This document shows, piece after piece, positions 1 to 13,713 of a stretch of DNA of 64,000 bases. Position 1 is the first letter of the stretch, and every line of letters starts with the position of its first letter. This DNA is from Podarcis liolepis (Eukaryota). Under the pieces are notes generated by a model. That model was not told the DNA's origin. It searched no databases and saw only the letters and a program-made list of their open reading frames with translations. The stretch lies in assembly GCA_965112155.1 (NCBI GenBank), contig OZ218109.1. One strand, written 5' to 3'. The position numbers and the translations under genes are program-made.

Positions 1-187
1 CATTTCTCGCTGCTGTATGTGGGGAAGTAACAGGGTTGCCTTTGGGGACACGAAAGCCGTTGCCCCTTTAGTGCGTTACCTGAAATCAAGTGACCCAGAA
101 GTTCATCGAGCTACCGCACAAGCCCTCTATCAGCTATCAGAGGATCCCAACAATTGCATCACAATGCATGAAAACGGGGTGGTAAAG
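1..187 (+). CDS. ODAD2: ODAD2/ARMC4 penultimate coding exon (5'-truncated by window edge)
   Basis: Frame from nt 2 reads [62 protein letters not shown], recognisable as the ARMC4 C-terminal armadillo repeats. It ends at the phase-0 donor AAG|GTAAGT (188). Confidence 0.95.
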
Positions 188-834
188 GTAAGTGTTTAGA
201 TAAGAACCTATTCCTCACCCCCCCTCCTCTCCATAGCATGAAGATTAAGCCTCATGACCTAATGCCACCCTGCTATGGGTTTCTCCATCCTTGCTTCACA
301 CATCATTGTAAGTAAGTAAGTAAATTTTTATTTATACCCCGCCCTCCCCGGCCAAGACTGGGCTCAGGGTGGCTAACATCAAATATCAAATACATTAAAA
401 TACAATCAAACAATTGATTAAAATACAGCTTAAAAATTAGAATCAGGATAAAATTAAATGATTGCCCACGAATTACAACCATAGGGGCCGGGAACCTCAA
501 GTATTTGGCTGCTGCTGCTTAAGGGGGTGGGGAAATGTGGAGCACAGTAGCATCCTGTCACGTGCTTTTTTTTCTCGCTGTGTTACGGGCAAGAGACAAG
601 AAAAAGAGGTGGGTGTGCCATGCATCCCTCATATTATCTATTCCCATTCTAAGTTTTCTTTAACCCTACAGTAGTTTTTATCCACAGGGATATTTTTTTC
701 TGCCCCTCTTGAGTGTCTGAATAGCTCTAGATACCATTGGACAAATGAGAAATGTAAGGTTTTTTTATCTGAAAAGTTTAAAACCAAATCTTATTGCCAC
801 CCAACATTTTTTCTTGGACGGGGGTGATGAGTAA

Positions 835-1267
835 GGTTGCAATCCTAACTTCACTTTTTTTCATCATCATCAACCTTTTATTCGACCGTCAGTCAGAAAA
901 AAGTACATTTGTCAATACACAGTTAAAAGCTCCAGGAAGATTTTAGAACTTAGCCAACACTAAAATGGGCTAAACAGATAGCCCCGTATCAATACAATCA
1001 ATTAAAGTCTTGCGACGCTTAAAAGCTAAAAAAAGAAATTTGGCCACCAAGGAAGGTATAGCTCTAGTGACATTATTCAGCAAGTGTAAAACCTGGTTTT
1101 CTCCGGATAGGAAGCTAGATTGACATAGGAGTGGGTCTATAAAATTTTGTCTAAGCTCTGCATAAGAAGGGCAAGTCAAGAGAATGACTTCACTTTTTTG
1201 GGGGGGAGTAAAACCCATTGAATTTAATAGGACATATGTCTGTGTAGACATGGTTAGGATTGGGCTG
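835..1267. mobile_element. Palindromic MITE (PIF/Harbinger-like, TAA flanks) interrupted by a LINE
   Basis: Ends ggttgcaatcctaac...gttaggattgggctg are roughly inverted and flanked by TAA on both sides. Similar short copies occur near 31330-31415 and 41280-41350. Confidence 0.5.
861..1186 (-). mobile_element. 5'-truncated LINE 3' end (clade uncertain, RTE-X-like)
   Basis: Minus ORF end ILLTCPSYAELRQNFIDPLL...VAKFLFLAFKRRK resembles a Cys-motif ORF2 C-terminus. It is followed by AATAAA and a (GAT)n tail. 13-bp TSD acttcactttttt at 848-860 and 1187-1199. Confidence 0.7.
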
Positions 1268-1778
1268 TAAGCATCTTTATCTTTCTTCAGGTAAGCAAAG
1301 TAAAAAAATTTAGATAATACATGTATTGGTAAGTCTTTGTAGTAACAAATAGATGTTTGACTAAATAGGTAACTGCCCCCCAAAAATGACTAATTTATTT
1401 TAATTGCCCAATTTACTTCTAAAGCTCGTATAAAATTTGCGTTTTCCATCTTTAAAATGCTCATTTTCATTTACAATCTATGGAGTCATTATAGTACTTA
1501 ATTACAAATTACTATTCTGGGAATGTAAGAAACGTATATGCAGTTCAAACACACTTCACAAATAATTATTTTGGGACTTTTATTGTTCAGAAAAATTTAA
1601 ACTCTGTAAAAATATTATTGCTTTGAGCTGATTTATTGCCAAAGCTTTTTGCTCTGAAGTCCTGGTTTCAAAAATTCAATGGTGGATCAGGAAAGCAGTG
1701 TTTAACAAAACTTAGAAACAAGGAAACTGCACCTAAATATATATGTTTGAAATGGAGGTAGTATCACCAACATTGATA

Positions 1779-2090
1779 CAGTGGTGCCTCGCAAGACGAA
1801 AATAATCCGTTCCGCGAGTCTCTTCGTCTAGCGGTTTTTTCGTCTTGCGAAGCAACCCTATTAGCGGATTAGCGGATTAGCGCTATTAGCGGTTTAGCGG
1901 CTATTAAAGGCTTAGCGGCTTAGAAAAGGGGGGGGGGAGCAAAAAAAATTGCAAGACTCGCAAGACGTTTTCGTCTTGCGAAGCAAGCCCATAGGGAAAT
2001 TCGTCTAGCGAAGCGCATCGAAAAATGGAAAACCCTTTCGTCTAGCGGGTTTTTCGTCTTGCGAGGCATTCGTCTTGCGGGGCACCACTG
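1779..2090. mobile_element. Tc1/mariner-superfamily (Tigger/pogo-like) MITE
   Basis: 22-bp TIRs cagtggtgcc(t/c)cgcaagacgaa with one mismatch, TA on both sides, and internal (ttagcgg)n and cgtcttgcga repeats. Confidence 0.9.
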
Positions 2091-2124
2091 TATTCCTGAT
2101 CCTATTGAAAACTATCTCCAGGAT

Positions 2125-2503
2125 TAGATAGGTAGCTGTGTTGGTCTGCCATGAATTGCAACTCATTACCAAACTTAAAACCATGGAGAGACCTGGTCTG
2201 AACAGAGACATTGGATTCTTATCTCATTATACATGACTAAGCCATTTTTCACCTTCTCACCCCTTGCCTTTTCCTGTAAGACCTATTGCAGTCGTTAAGA
2301 GTCGTCAACAGGCTCATCTCAGCTATCTGCCAATCACCCATTCCCACCACCCTTCTGAGTAATACCCCTCCCCACCTTCTCACTATATAGAAGGATCTGG
2401 CAACTTCTGTTTCAGTGTATCTCAAGAAGTGTGCATGCACACGAAAGCTCATACCAAGAACTAACTTAGTTGGTCTTTAAGGTGCTACTGGAAGGAATTT
2501 TTT
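2125..2503 (+). mobile_element. Penelope-like retroelement 3' fragment with hammerhead motif
   Basis: 2153-2236 encodes ELQLITKLKTMERPGLNRDIGFLSHYT* (GIY-YIG C-terminal GLNxDxG motif). Hammerhead-like motif at 2415-2455. A short leading piece (2125-2151) resembles an inverted Penelope end. 12-bp direct repeat tatctccaggat at 2113-2124 and 2504-2515. Confidence 0.8.
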
Positions 2504-2741
2504 TATCTCCAGGATATTCTGCATACTTTTCTTTCCAGTTTTCAGTAAATTTGTTGTCTTCCCCAGATTTCAGTCTCCTCATAAAATACCTGATCTTTTT
2601 TGCCATCACAAGCACAGGTAGACACGTACAACCATGCAAAGGTTGTGATACCATGCAAAGGTTGTGATATAGATGGTTGCTTCACCCTGGCATGTTCATC
2701 ACCTGATTGTTTGCATGTGTGAATGGGCCATCACAGATATA

Positions 2742-3072
2742 CCGTACTTTTCCATGTATAAGACTAGGTTTTTTCCTTTAAAAATTATGCTGAAAAGTGG
2801 GGGCTGTCTCATACATGGATAGTGCATAGGGTGGACGTTTGATTGGTTGCTGCCATGGCTGTTAGCGGCTATTGGACGTGTTATTGGTGGCTGCGTCAAG
2901 GGCTGGTGTTGATTGGCTGATACTGCGGCAATTGGGCGGGCAATTGGCAGCTTCTGCTGGTGACTGGACAGATGAGAAGTGGATTTTGTGATGCGTGTGG
3001 GTGAGCGATATTCGGCAACCCCTCCCAAAATTTGAGTCCCCAAAAATATGAAAAATACACAGAAAAATGCAG
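2742..3072. mobile_element. Degenerate Tc2-like (CCGTA-end) MITE
   Basis: TA|ccgtacttttccatgtataagac left end, decayed right end atacacagaaaaatgcag|TA, and internal attgg repeats. Confidence 0.55.
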
Positions 3073-6000
3073 TAATTCCATTTTTATATTAGCTTCTGTC
3101 ACCTCTGAAATCCTGCCTTTTAGTGGTGAAGTCAGTTCACACATTAAGCTGCTAATCATCAAGTGTTCGGCAACCACAGCAACTCAGGCGAAGACCCATT
3201 GTCAGTCTAATCCCAGGCAAGAGACGGTAACAGCCCCTGAGATGAGCTTATCATTACCTTTTTTAGTCTCTGCTTTGGTACGTTTCTAATTTAGGAACAT
3301 TTGGACAACAAATTTGGAAATTGGCACCCTTATCTTGGCATGTTCTGAATATCTTTTAGTCTTATAAAAAGAAGCCTGTCCCACCAAGCTGTAGGTTTAT
3401 TGGAGCAGTTCAACAGAAGCAGAGCCCTGCAGCCCTTTTGGTGATAAATGAGCCATTTCAAATAAATGGAGCTGCAGCCAATTTGTGCAGAAGGAATCAT
3501 TAAAACGTTTTTAAATAAGACAGTTTTGAAGGTTCGGAATATATAAACAAGGTATGCTAAACCCAAATATATACTGCTCATTTTAATGGAAAAGGTTGCT
3601 GCTCTCGGCGAGTCTTCCAACTTTAAGAGGATTTGCCAAAAAGCCAAAGAATCTGGCACGGGCCGTAGATAACAGTTCCATCTTTCATCTAGGTTTCTCT
3701 TCTGTATTTATCTTGCTTGAGAGAATGCAGGGAATGTCCTTTCCTTCCGACTTGGCATCCTTTCTAAACCACAGAAATACACTGAGCAGCTTCTTGCAAT
3801 TGTCTTAAGGCAAATTTCAGTTGAGGAGACTTTGTTGAAAAGTCAGGCTGGGCTCCAAAGGGCCCTTTGCATGAGTGGAAAGCATTCTTCATGCGTGCAC
3901 AGAGGGGTCACTGATTTTCCGTCCTATGGATCTCCTTGTGTTGCCTCTCATGCAACTCTGGAAAGTTCCCTGTTCTACATAAGTGGCATTTAGTGAAGGC
4001 GGATGACAGAATCCCTGATTTGTACTTGAAATAGTTTTGAATCCTGGCTAGGGTCCCTTTAATTTGAAAAAGCTAGAAGAAGACCTCCTGGGGGAACACT
4101 GTTTGTAAATAGTACTATCATACATATATATATTTAAAAAGTTATATGTACAGTTAATAAAATGAGTTTCTTATAACTGGCAGATACTGGGCTTAGCACA
4201 CGGAGGCAGGGTGCCAGGTTATTACTTTTGGCATTGAGCGAAGCGAAAATAGTTTCCTTGCAAAAGAAACTATTCACAGAAGCTGAACATAAGAAATAAC
4301 AATAAAAATGGTATTTCAGACTTCTTGACTAGCCTTTTTGGCATTCATTGAAAATACGATACATTTCTGCCTGAAAACAGCAAGTTTAATTTTACTAACT
4401 AGATAAAATTTGTAACTATTGAACTCGCACTCCGGGGTCACCACATTTGTATGCATTTATTGATACCCTTTTCTAGAACTTGAGGGTCTTTTCAGTTCTT
4501 GGGAGCATTTTTGCAGAGTCTAGTAGATAACGGCCACCTCAGTGATGCCATAGCAATGTATTTTTGTGTAACATACCAGGGATTGGTTATTTGTGAGCAT
4601 TAATATGGAAGCAGCAGCTGTTATACCTATTTATTTTTATGGAAGTAAAACAGGTACAGGAGGGGAGTCTCATTTTTACAGCAAGGTCTCCATTCATGTC
4701 TTTGTAGCTACAGAGGAGAGGAATGTTCTTCATTCTTTGTTCTTTCTTTGTTGGCTGGTTGCTTGGCAGGCTCCAAGCAAGTGGCGAAGCTTATATATCT
4801 ATTTGTAGTCTCTAGGTCATGCAGCACCTTTAAAAAATCTTCAGTCTTGTAAAAGTTCTGAAGTCCAGCAGCTGGTGGGACAATTTAGGACTGGATAGGG
4901 CCCTAAGGGTGGAAACTGGAAAGCTTCTACTCAGATCTACTCTACAGGTGTGCAAAAATATCAAATAATGTTTTTGATCCTCTTAGGCCTGCAGAAATGT
5001 ATAGAATATATTAATTTGACATTTACTTCACCCCACTTATTATGCTTCACCTGCAATTCCTTATGGAATTGCAGTTTTGCATTGATAAATGGCCAGGCAT
5101 TGAAACTTCCTGATTGAGTCCTGCTTCCCTCTTCCTGCTTGCCTCTTCCTCCATTCAGGGCTGTCTGCTGTTTTGGGTTTTATTTGCAAACTTATTATTA
5201 TTATCGTCATCATCATCATCAGCAGTCACATTAACAGAAATAGCAACAGCAGCAGCAGCAACAGCAGCGATGGTGATGATAGAGCAAGATAAATAAATAT
5301 GTATTTTTTATAATAATTTTTAAAGCCCCACAATTTTCTAATCACTGTCCAGAGATTTTGGGGTGGGGTGGGGTGGGCAACAGTCATTGCCCACAGGTTC
5401 ACAATCCAAAAGAAATGAAACAACAGGGGAAAGGGATGGTGAGGGGAGAAAACTCTAGCACCAATTCCGAAAGGTACACAATTGTTACGTTTAAAAAATG
5501 GTGCTTGGTTTTTGAAGGTCTCCCCACCACTGCCCTTTTTATACTTTGAATGAGCTTTGACAAGTAGGGGGCAGTGGCTTTGTGAATAAGAAAGCCGATC
5601 AATGATGTGCACAGTTCTGCTTCTTGACTGACACCAGAGCCTGCGAACTTATGCCGTGCAAATTCTGCTTCTTCTCAAGCCACAAGAATGAGTTCTCCTG
5701 TGTGTGGTCTTGGTGAGAAGGTTGTCCGTGCAGCAGAACTTCAGCCACAACATTTTCATAATAGACTCATTACTTACATGTTCTTGCCCTGTACACATCC
5801 TCAATTTCAGTCAATATGGAGACCCACATTGAGCTTGAGCACCTGTGAGGAGCACCTGTGAGGAGCTCACGGCCATGGGGACTGTCACATTCCTTTCACA
5901 TGGATATGTTTCTTCTTTCATTGAAAGAAATGTGCTCAGCTTTTAGAGCAGGAAAGCTCCTATTTGGATCTCCCACACTTTAAAAACCAACAATTGCTGG

Positions 6001-8225
6001 ATTGAGGGAAATATAAATAAACTTCTGGATTGAGACAAGTACAAGTTTAGAGACTGAAAAGCAGTTAAGAAAATGTAATGTTTAGAGACAAAATGTATGA
6101 AAGAGCTCCAGCTCTAGCAGAACTGTAGCTGCAGATCAGATGAACTAAGCTGATTTCCCCTGGGGCTGAGACTTAGTTATTGGTAAACATTCTTGGGCTT
6201 CTGACAATTGCACTTTTATGCCCCAGTACAGAGGTTTTGAAAATCATTTTGGTTTAATACACTAGACCTCCTCCCATCCTCTTACTACGCTTATCCATTT
6301 TAGAGGGATGCAGTCTGTTGGGACACTATAAGCTCCTTATAGTTGAGAGATTCTGCCGTGGTCTGGGCTACCCAGTGAACCCAAGGCTGAGCCGAGATTT
6401 GAACTTTGGTCTTCCATCTCCAAATGCAGTACTTCATTTGTTCGGACCTGTTGAAACCCTATCCATAGGGGTCAGAATGCTTGACGCACATTTAGCAGTG
6501 CGCTGGTATAAAAAGACAGTTACACCATGGCATGTAAATTGCAGAGGATAGAAAGAAAATATTGTAGCATCCTAGCTGCTACGAGGAACATAACTTTTTG
6601 TAACCCCCCCCCCCCGAAAAGTAAACTATTGTCAGAAAGTGGATCTGCCTAGATCCTGTGTGTAAAGGGGCGTGGGGGACTAAATAACCCTGTTTATTCT
6701 TTGAATGTGTATTAGAGCAAATGAATCTGAACAAGCCTTCTAAACTCAACAGAGAACCAGCAGGATGGGTGTATTTGGGGAAGACATTCCACAGCTGCGT
6801 TATCACCACTCCACATTCCCATAGAACAAACTTCTTCAGAGTGGCACATTGGAGAAAGCTTCCCCAAGTTTAGCTTAACTGGTGATGCTGGAGAGGAAAT
6901 ATCATATAAAGTAGGGGTTTGCAGCAGATTTGAATGAAGCCTGAACTAAACCAGAGTGAAGCAGCATCTCTTTGAAGTGCCTTTAACTGAAGTTGGGGAC
7001 CTTGGAAGCAATTTAAGGGTGATTTGGCTATTTGAACAGTGTCTGCAAAACTTGGTTTTTGAAATCGGGATTCAGATTTTGACCCAGGCTGAATTTGGCA
7101 ACGTCTGAAACACTTCAGATCAAATCAGACTGTTTTCTAGAGTGCTGAATGGGAGTCCATACTGAATCATGCAGTCATTGCATACCCCTAATATAGAACT
7201 ATGTCAAGTTTTGGTTAACTGAGCTATCCATTGGGCCACCTTGCCAGGATGTTAGTGAACAACACATATCCATCTGCTTACACTTCTGTTTTTGATTTAA
7301 ACCCATTGAGAAAGAGTCTTTGTGGTGTTATTGAATATTTTAGCTCTGTACTCTGAACTTTATGCAGTCTTTAGATAGCTCTTTTAAATACAGACTGGAA
7401 AAGTAGTCAAGGTAATAAAATGCTAGCAGAAAGCTAGGACTTGGAAAAGAAGAACTCTGCTTACCTTACATTAATATATAGGAAAAGGGAAATTCAGGCT
7501 GCTAACAATATAAAGCAATTGAAGTAAATATAGAAAAGAGAATCTAAGGCAGATAAAAGATAAGCAAAGGGGGATATGGCAATGGTTGAAGAGAGTGAGT
7601 CCCATGGGTGAGACTTGTGCAGATGTACACAGCGAGGAGAAAAGCAACAAGTCTGGCAAAATCCATTCCCCCTAATGTCTATTACACATGGTGAGTCACC
7701 TGGCTCCTCTTTTAATCTTAGTAAAATGAGTTTCCATTGAATGGAAGCAAGTGTGTGTGTAATATATCTATCACAAAGAACTTTGTCCTGTCTGTCAGTT
7801 CAAGTGCCTTCTTTGTATGTTAATCGTCTTTCAAAATACAATAGCATAAACATAAAATTGAAAAAACACTTCAGGTGAAAGTATGCTATAAGACCTTTGG
7901 CTTCATATTTTCTGGATTATCAAAACTCCTATTGCTTTTCAAGGGATGAATTTTATATCCCATAAGACTTTCTGTACTCTCTGAATGTTTACGGTGATTT
8001 GAGTTTTTCTAAATGTTGAGCCAAAACTCTTAGAGTTGTATATAGACTCCAACATTCTAATTTTAATGATGTAGACTAATGGTTCTCAAAATGGACTTCA
8101 GTTGAATACTTAGCCAGGTAACATCTCCCCCCCCCCTCCAGTCAATGGGTCTCCAGCCTGACCTTTCCCCTTCTCAATCTAACTTAATAGTGCAGTATTG
8201 AAGAAAGGGATAGGCTCTGCAATCC

Positions 8226-9157
8226 TAGAATCATAGAACTGTAGAGCTGGAAGCGACTCCAAGGGCCATCTAGTCCAACCCCCTGCAATACAGGAGTCTC
8301 CAGTGAAGCATCCATGACAGATGGCCATCCAACCACTACCTTAAAACCTCTGAGGAAGAGAGTCCACTCCCTCTCATGGGAGCCTGTTCCACTGTTGAAC
8401 AGCTCCTACTGTCAGGAAGTTACTCCTGATGTTTAGTTGGAATCTCCTTTCTTTTGACTTGAAGCCATTCAGGTCCCACCTTCCAGGGCAGGAGAAAACA
8501 AGCTTGCTCCATCTTCCACGTGACAGCTCTCTAGGTATTTGAAGAAGGCTATCATATCTCCTCTTAGTCTCCTCTATAACCAACTCCCTCAACTGTTCCG
8601 CACAAGGCTTCCAGACGCTTGATAATCTTGGTTACCTTTCTCTGCGCGCATTCCAGCTTGTCAATACCCTTATTAAATTGTGGCACCCAGAACTGGACAC
8701 AGTACTCCAGGTGTGATCTGACCAAGGCAGAATAGAGTGACAATATTACTTCCCTTTATCAGGACACTATACTTCTGATGATGCAGCCTAGAATAGCATG
8801 AGCTCTCTCCCCCCCCCCCCCCCCGCTGCATCACACTGTTGACTCATGTTAAGCTTGTGGTCTACTGAGACCTCTAGATCCTCTCTTCAGCAACATTGGC
8901 TACCCCTTCCGGTTTGATGTCATCTGCAAATTTGATGAGCACTCTCTAAATATCTTCATCCAAGTCATTTATAAAGATGCTGAACAACAAAGGGCCCAGG
9001 AAAGAACTCTCTGACACCCCACTTGTCCCCTTTTTCCAGGATGATGAGGAAACATTAGTGAGTACTCTTTGTGTTTAGTCATTCAACCACCTGTTACCTT
9101 GTCTAGCCCACATTTTACCAGCTTCTCTGCAAGAATATCATGGAGAACTTTGTCAAG
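8226..9157 (-). mobile_element. CR1 LINE 3' fragment
   Basis: CR1 terminus tagaatcatagaa...gccatctagtccaacccc. The minus ORF gives GFKSKERRFQLNIRSNFLTVGAVQQWNRLP, a CR1 ORF2 C-terminal motif. Confidence 0.9.
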
Positions 9158-9902
9158 TGTTGATGGGTAATGTAGCCCCACCCCACACTTTACTGTTTCC
9201 AGAGTCCAAATATGGTTCCTTATTAATGTACTACTTGTTCATAAGCCTGTCCCTGTTCTCCATAAAAGCTAGTGGAGCAATTGGAGCTCTGTTGACAAAA
9301 GAGGAAAGGTCTACATTTGGGAAGATCATGTTTGCCTGTTGCATTAGATCCTCTTGCTCCCTGGTCAGAGAGCAGGTGTTCCCCCATCCAGGCCCTTTTC
9401 TGATTGTAGATTCTTACCCTTCCTTTTTCTCCAAGACTATTCACTTAACCTGTGGAGAAAGAGGAAGGATGTGCAATCATGGAAACCAGTGAACAGGATA
9501 AACTCACTGCACACCAAACCCTGTTGTCCTCCACCAACGATTCTGCATCTCCTGCTCTTTCTTGCTTCTCCTGTCCTCTGCTCCTTTTGTTCTTTTCCTA
9601 CATTTTCTATTCTTCCTTTATTTTTCTCTACCTCCAACCTTGTCCTTCTGTGTGTTGGTGGCCACATCAAAGACTCAAAAATTATTTATACAGCTTACAT
9701 ATGCTTGAATACAGCTGAACTAAGATCATGGCCTGGATTCAGAGAGCCAGAAGCACATGCCCAAATGCTTTGTCATGCACACTAGGACTTCCCTCAAATA
9801 CCTTGCATGACCACAAGTTATGCTATTTGGAAGCCCACTCTTAGGACATCCTGATTTTCAATAGCAGTTTTCCAAGGGTGGGGGCAAATTGCAATCAGGA
9901 AC

Positions 9903-9956
9903 TCTCTCCCTCTCCCTCTCCCTCTCCCTCTCCCTCTCCCTCTCCCTCTCCCTCTC

Positions 9957-9988
<32 letters not shown>

Positions 9989-9989
9989 C
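9903..9989. repeat. Compound microsatellite (CTCTCC)n-(CT)n-(CA)n
   Basis: Visible directly in the sequence. Confidence 0.95.
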
Positions 9990-11094
9990 ACTTTGGATTC
10001 CAGACCATATCCATATGTCAGATTATTATAGCATTTGCCACAGGATTAGATCCCCCTGCTAATTGCAGTTATCTACAGTTAATTCTTGCCCAGTGGTGTG
10101 TTCACAGTTTTGGATAATACCTCATTGTAACCAGTTTGGACTGATCCAAATCCTTTAACTTCTTTCAAAAATAGGTTTCAAAGTCCGCATATCCACTATT
10201 GCCTATTTCCATAGGGACCACCCACCGTTGCTCTGTCGTTGTTTCTGCCATGTTCCTCATGCAAACACCATTGTAAAACATCAGCTGAAATTCCAGTCAA
10301 TGCATAAACATTTATTAATCTTGCATTAAGCTGACAGTTACTGTGTTCACATAGTGATAACAGATGATGTGCTAACAATGGTTTCGTGGAGCCAAGCCGA
10401 TGCATTGTAATTATCAATGTGGGTCACCCGTAAGAGTAACTTTCAGTTAACTAGCTTTCTTGTTTTCTAGGTTTATACTCTCAGGAACTGTAAAGCATGC
10501 TAGACAACATTTATAAGCTTCCCCCATCATCTTGTAATTTTAATCCCTCTGGTCCTATGCTAAGGATGAAAAAGGAGTAATGGTTATTCTTTCCCAAGGA
10601 CAGCACATATTTCTGCTTCTTTAAATTAAAGTGGCTCCCCGCACTTAAAAGAAGTTCACTAAATACAAATGATATTTTTACCTATGAAGGTTAAAATGAT
10701 TCTGGTTTTAAATGTGTAGTACACATCTAAAACCTACCTATATGAGGAAGAGGCTTGCACAAGTTCCAAGAGTCACCTTGTAATTGTATGTTTTTACAGA
10801 TTCTGATACTGTGTGTTTCTGGGTCACTCTGTGCTCTTTCCACTTCAGTCTGCGTTTTGGGTTCTGAACAACTCTGTATAAAAGTTCACTGTAATGGACA
10901 ATTTAGAATCTGATGTTACTTTCCTCTCTTTTGCCAAAGTGGGTGAAGTTTACAGGTATAGGAGCCCCTTCAGATTGGATTAAGCCTGCCAAATTGCAGG
11001 CAGATAGAATCCAACAAAAATAGAGTCCAATAAAAAGAGGGCATAGAGTCCAACATACTCCAAATAATAAAAGGGGCAGACTCCACCACACATC

Positions 11095-11390
11095 ATGCAT
11101 AGTGAAACAGTGGCATTCACTCCCACAAGGGTCAGTGATAGCCACCAACCTAGATGGCTTTAAGAGAGGATTAGACAATCTTGGAGGAAAAGGCCACCGA
11201 TGACTATTAGCTGCAAGGGTTATGTTCTGCCTACCAACTGTCAGAGTTGGTATGCTTCTTGCGTACGAATTGCTGGAAACCAAAAGAGAGGGAGAGTGGT
11301 GTCATGCTCAAGTCCTCCTTTTGGGCTTCCCATGGACATCTGGTTGGCCACTGTCAGAACAGGATGCTGGACTAGATGGGCCATTGGTAC
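11095..11390 (+). mobile_element. Old CR1-type LINE 3' fragment
   Basis: cagtggcattcactcccaca...gatggctttaagagaggattagacaa...gacatctggttggccactgtcagaacaggatgctggactagatgggccattgg. A related tail occurs at ~30040-30240. Confidence 0.6.
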
Positions 11391-12498
11391 ACCAGGAGAT
11401 GCCTTACCATAAGTGTTCCTAAGAAAGACTTGAAAAGAAGGCAGTCAGCCCCCTGGATCCACCTTCTGACATCTCCTGTTTGTTCTGGGGTAAGGTCTTA
11501 GTGAGCATCTTGGCTTAATGCATCCTCTGATGGCATGCCAATAGTTAGGTTTCAGTCCAAAAGGGAATTTCCCAGTGTCCATTTTCAGCTGGAATCTGTT
11601 CACTTTCGGCCACAGTATCAGAGGCCAAGTTCTCTTTCGGCAGTGTGTGCGTTCCAAATATTGTGTTACCCTTTCGTTCATCTGGAAGCAGAAAGAAGCT
11701 CTGGATTTAAGTAGCAATGAAATGGCAACTGAGTTTTCACCCTAATTATTTTTGGATTGTACCACATGTTGTATTATTTATCATTTAATCAAACAGGAAG
11801 CCTTTTTTTCACAGAGGCAAATTACTTGTGTAAAACAACACACAAACCTGGGTGCCTCAAATGTTTCCAGTCTCTGGTTCAGTGTTGAAAGCAAAACGTT
11901 GGCTGCATCTAGACTGATACTTTTTTGGATGTGTTTCCACCATATGTTTTAGTTCAAGACAATATTTTCTTTTTATGTTGTATTATAAAAATCATGTAAA
12001 ATGTTCTTTTGGAGAATGGCTACTATTCCTCTCCTTTTGCTAATTAGAAGATCACAGTACAAGGAATCTGACATCGTTTCATAAAATAGTATGTGGAAAA
12101 AGCAAAACACTAAACTGGAATAGAAAAGTGTCACCAGTAATTTCTAGCATCACTCAGAAACAATACCCTGCCATTGTGATAGTGAAATGAAGCAGCCATG
12201 ATGACATTAAGTTAAATAAATATATTGCAAGCTAAGATCAGTATTTATGTTGCTCTCTATTACTAGGTATGATTGCAGTTTATTTCAGAGAAGGGTAAAA
12301 CACATTTCCCAAAAAAACATTAGAAGTTTTATTTTGAAAGCTTCTTTGGCAATGGACCTCTTGAGAGAGTTGGGCCCACATAGACACCTCCCCACATGTG
12401 GTTCAGCTACTGCCTTTGCACTTCTGATGTAGGAATGGATCAGTCTTTTTTCAGTGTGTATTTGTAAGTCTGTTCTGCCCTGTCTCAGCCCCAATCTG

Positions 12499-12502
<4 letters not shown>

Positions 12503-12544
<42 letters not shown>
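12503..12544. repeat. (CA)n microsatellite
   Basis: Visible directly in the sequence. Confidence 0.95.
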
Positions 12545-12546
<2 letters not shown>

Positions 12547-13713
12547 CAATTTACAGTATTTTGGTATACATTTCCCCCAAAGCACATGGGGTTTGTATGC
12601 ATTTAAACAAAAATACGCCTTCTTGTATGCATGTGTGTTGAGCGTGTTTGTAGAATCTAAATGAATCAGCCCAAGATTTATTTATTTTTAATGAAACCCT
12701 TGTTTGTTTATTTTGCCAGACTTACAAAAAATGGCAGAGTTGCTCTCCTGTTTGCATGGTATTGCCCGTGGCCATACTGTCCCAAACAAGCTGAATGCCA
12801 TCTTGCGGTTTATGTTTTCAGTGAGACTTTTTATGAAATGTCTTTTTAAAACTATCAATTATACGCCAGTATAATGGAACTGATCGTGTGATGACTTTGC
12901 TAGTGGGAATTGTGACTCACATCCTCGTTAGAACAGGAGGCTTGCCAAGTGTAAGGATACACAAATTTGTCATGCCCATGTTTTATATTTTTAGGTGCAG
13001 ACTTAAAACATCTTTAAAAACACACACACACACACACACAAAGATGTGAAGTGGCTCCAGAAGGGTAAAGAATCATGAAAGAAACAAAGGATAAAGCAAT
13101 AGTTTTAGAGGGACTTCCCTGGGAAGAGGCACTCACAAATGCTGTTTTAGTCATAGGAATCTGGTTTAATCAATTGGTTACCAAGTCAAAATCATCCAAA
13201 GGACTTCTACTGTGAAAATTATTTTGGGGTTCATCACTGAGGAAGGCAGAAGATCTGCTGTGAACATTGTAAATAGCCTATTTTTAAAAATGCCATACTT
13301 AAGGCTTTATTGAAACCACCCTATGTACACTATGTGCATGCATATTTTTGGTTTTGAATCTGGCACATGGAATACTTATGCCTTTAACTCATCTGCAAGG
13401 TTTGCAGGAAAATTGCTGCATGCCTGAGGGAACATGTTGCAATTAGAGTTGATCAGAATTGCAGTTCATGGAAAGAAACATAAATAGGGGGTGACATTTT
13501 AGGAGTTTTGTGGCGGAAAGCATGTCAGTAAACACAAAGGATATAGAGAAGCAGAGCTGAGCAATGCAGTCATTTCCTAGGCAAGCGCTATGCCTTTGCT
13601 ATCAATTGATAAAGCACAGAAACATCTGAGTCTTCTCCCCTGTTCACTGATGTCAGTGACTAAAGTTCCAGTTCTCTCCTTGTTATCTAGGTTGGGCCCT
13701 AACTTTGGGACTA

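Noticed and set aside
1779-2090. Short repeated units (cgtcttgcga, ttagcgg) resembling a CRISPR or iteron array
   Set aside because: They are internal repeats of a TA-flanked MITE in a vertebrate genome, with no regular unique spacers.
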